Below the pieces are notes generated by a model. The model was given only the letters and a program-made list of their open reading frames with translations, made no database searches and was not told where the DNA came from. A DNA stretch of 39,093 nucleotides from the sequence record KJ748011. The stretch is one strand, 5' to 3'. Position numbers and translations under genes: made by a program. Position 1 is the first letter of the stretch. Each line of letters starts with the position of its first letter. Shown in pieces: positions 36,737-39,093 of this stretch. The DNA is from Escherichia phage PE3-1.

Positions 36737-38493
36737 GTAAAGACTTAGTGGCGCGTCAGGCGCTAATGACAGCACGTATGAAGGCAGACTTCGTGTTCTT
36801 CCTGTTCGTATTATGGAAAGCTCTGTCACTCCCAGTCCCGACTCGCTGTCAGATTGACATGGCGAAGAAACTATCGGCTGGGGACAACAGGCGTTTCATC
36901 CTACAGGCGTTCCGTGGTATCGGGAAGTCCTTCATTACGTGTGCATTCGTGGTCTGGAAACTATGGAACAACCCAGACTTGAAGTTCATGATTGTGTCTG
37001 CCTCAAAAGAACGAGCCGATGCTAACTCCATATTCATCAAGCGAATCATCGACCTCATGCCTCAGCTTCAGGAACTCAAACCTAAGCAGGGACAGCGAGA
37101 TGCGGTTATTAGCTTCGACGTTGGGCCAGCCAAGCCAGACCACTCACCTTCGGTTAAGTCTGTTGGTATCACTGGTCAGTTGACTGGTAGTCGTGCTGAC
37201 ATCCTGATTGCCGATGACGTAGAGGTTCCGAACAACTCAGCGACTCAGGCCGCACGAGACCGTCTGTCAGAGCTTGTGAAAGAGTTCGACGCTATCCTGA
37301 AGCCGGGAGGTACAATCATCTATCTGGGTACTCCTCAGAACGAGATGACCCTGTATCGTGAGCTGGAAGGTCGTGGGTATACCACTACTATCTGGCCCGC
37401 TCGTTATCCACGCGATAAGAATGACTGGCAGTCTTACGGCGACCGTCTGGCTCCTATGCTTCAGGCAGAGCTGGAAGAGGACCCTGAGTCATTCTACTGG
37501 CGTCCGACCGACGAAGTACGCTTCGATGATACGGACCTGAAGGAACGTGAGCTGTCATATGGCAAGGCTGGCTTCGCTCTACAGTTCATGCTTAACCCGA
37601 ACCTGAGTGATGCTGAGAAGTACCCTCTAAAGCTCCGTGACCTTATCGTAGCCGACTTGGACCCAGCGTCCAGCCCAATGGTCTACCAATGGTTGCCAAA
37701 CCCTCAGAACAAGCGTGAGGACGTTCCTAACGTTGGACTCATGGGTGATTCATACCACACGTATCAGACTGTAGGTTCTGCCTTCAGCTCGTACACCCAG
37801 AAGATTCTGGTCATTGACCCTAGTGGTCGTGGTAAGGATGAAACTGGCTATGCGGTACTGTACCAGCTAAACGGCTACATCTTCGCTATGGAAGTTGGTG
37901 GCATGCGTGGTGGTTATGAAGACTCTACGCTGGAAGCCTTGGCTAAGATTGGTCGTAAGTGGAAGGTCAACGAATACGTCATTGAGGGTAACTTCGGTGA
38001 TGGCATGTACCTTGAGCTATTCAAGCCTGTAGCGGCCCGTATCCATCCTGCGGCTGTAACTGAAGTGAAGAGTAAGGGTCAGAAAGAACTCCGCATCTGT
38101 GACGTTCTGGAGCCTATCATGGGGTCTCACCGACTTATCGTTAACGCTGCTGCTATCGTCCAAGACTACCAGTCAGCCTCTGATAAGGATGGTGTTCGTA
38201 ACCCTATCTACTCTCTCTTCTATCAGATGACCCGTATCTCTCGTGAACGTGGAGCCTTGGCACACGATGACCGACTTGATGCGCTGGCTATCGGTGTACA
38301 GTTCTTCGTTGAGTCTATGGCTAAGGATGCCAACAAAGGCGAACGTGAAGTCACTGAGGAGTGGCTGGAGGAACAGATGGAGAACCCACGGAAAGGCTTC
38401 GAGTCCATCCACACTGAGTTCTGGGACAATGGGGTCCGGGTAACTCACGATATGGACGAGCTTGGACTAGGGTCATACGTTACGTTCCACTAA
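36733..38493 (+). CDS. 19: Terminase large subunit (gp19)
   Basis: Collinear with T7 gp19 ([80 protein letters not shown]); TTG start at 36733 with AAGGAGG RBS (alternative ATG 36766). Confidence 0.96.
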   Translation: MSKDLVARQALMTARMKADFVFFLFVLWKALSLPVPTRCQIDMAKKLSAGDNRRFILQAFRGIGKSFITCAFVVWKLWNNPDLKFMIVSASKERADANSIFIKRIIDLMPQLQELKPKQGQRDAVISFDVGPAKPDHSPSVKSVGITGQLTGSRADILIADDVEVPNNSATQAARDRLSELVKEFDAILKPGGTIIYLGTPQNEMTLYRELEGRGYTTTIWPARYPRDKNDWQSYGDRLAPMLQAELEEDPESFYWRPTDEVRFDDTDLKERELSYGKAGFALQFMLNPNLSDAEKYPLKLRDLIVADLDPASSPMVYQWLPNPQNKREDVPNVGLMGDSYHTYQTVGSAFSSYTQKILVIDPSGRGKDETGYAVLYQLNGYIFAMEVGGMRGGYEDSTLEALAKIGRKWKVNEYVIEGNFGDGMYLELFKPVAARIHPAAVTEVKSKGQKELRICDVLEPIMGSHRLIVNAAAIVQDYQSASDKDGVRNPIYSLFYQMTRISRERGALAHDDRLDALAIGVQFFVESMAKDANKGEREVTEEWLEEQMENPRKGFESIHTEFWDNGVRVTHDMDELGLGSYVTFH

Positions 38494-38509
38494 TAGGAGG
38501 AGGAGAAAC

Positions 38510-39052
38510 ATGAGTAAACAGAAGGCCATCGACAGGGTGGCCCTCTTTAATCACTATGCTTATGTAGATGGTGAGTTGGTGTGTAGGAAACCTTATAAAG
38601 GATCTCGCAAGAAGCCCGGTGAGGTAATGGGACATTCAGTTCATCCGTCTGGGTACGCAATCGTGAAGGTTCTTGGCAGTCGGTATAGACGTGCCAGAAT
38701 CATCTACAGCCTAGTCGTTGGTCGAATACCTTCTGGCATGATGGTTGACCATATCAATGGTGATAGACTTGATGACAGGCCGGATAACTACAGGTTAGTA
38801 ACAGCATTAGAGAACCGATGGAACTCAGGAGGTGGCGATACTAATGGTCTACCCAAAGGTATCAGCTTTTTCAAGCCTACCGGAAAGTATCGCGCTCAGT
38901 TGCGCCTAAAAGGTAAGTGCTTCACGAAGACCTCAGATTCCATAGAGGAACTAGAGGTGTGGCTTGATGCTTTACGCACTGAGAAGCACAAGGAATACGC
39001 AGTAAACCGACGGTCCCCTAAGCGTGATAGGACCCATAGAAACCACAAGTAA
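38510..39052 (+). CDS. HNH homing endonuclease with AP2-type DNA-binding domain (second HNH-AP2 copy)
   Basis: 180 aa; GMMVDHINGDRLDDRPDNYRLVTALEN plus AP2-like GKYRAQLRLKGKCFTKTSDSIEELEVWLDALR; strong GGAGGAGG RBS. Confidence 0.88.
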   Translation: MSKQKAIDRVALFNHYAYVDGELVCRKPYKGSRKKPGEVMGHSVHPSGYAIVKVLGSRYRRARIIYSLVVGRIPSGMMVDHINGDRLDDRPDNYRLVTALENRWNSGGGDTNGLPKGISFFKPTGKYRAQLRLKGKCFTKTSDSIEELEVWLDALRTEKHKEYAVNRRSPKRDRTHRNHK

Positions 39053-39066
39053 ATTCAATAGGTTAA

Positions 39067-39088
39067 CTTAACTATCACTATAGGGATG
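39067..39088 (+). promoter_or_regulatory. Phage RNAP promoter CTTAACTATCACTATAGGGAT near the right end (phiOR position)
   Basis: Consensus match; 27 nt from the end of the window. Confidence 0.8.
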
Positions 39089-39093
39089 GGGGG

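Overview
This window is an essentially complete genome of a T7-like podophage (Autographiviridae-type). All supported genes lie on the + strand in canonical T7 order: early region (Ocr, small ORFs, single-subunit RNA polymerase), DNA metabolism (gp1.1, gp1.2, ligase, gp2, SSB, endonuclease I, lysozyme/amidase, primase-helicase, DNA polymerase, gp5.5, gp5.7, exonuclease), structural module (gp6.5 to gp7.3, portal, scaffold, capsid with a -1 frameshift site, tail tubular A/B, internal virion proteins 13-16, tail fiber), then holin, small terminase, Rz/Rz1 and large terminase. Regulatory signals read from the sequence include 11 phage-RNAP promoters with the consensus TAAACTATCACTATAGG(G)A, a sigma70 early promoter resembling T7 A3, three conserved hairpins resembling the T7 R1.1 RNase III site, and two intrinsic terminators. 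Departures from the T7 backbone are the most interesting content: three intact HNH homing endonucleases plus one remnant, unknown early ORFs where T7 has 0.4-0.7 (no gp0.7 kinase), a 157-aa ORF between endonuclease I and lysozyme, a DUF3850/ASCH-like gene between gp11 and gp12, a chimeric tail fiber with an AT-rich non-T7 C-terminal domain, and a non-T7 N-terminal domain on gp16. Protein identities are from recalled similarity to T7 proteins, not database searches; no tRNA or CRISPR array is supported.
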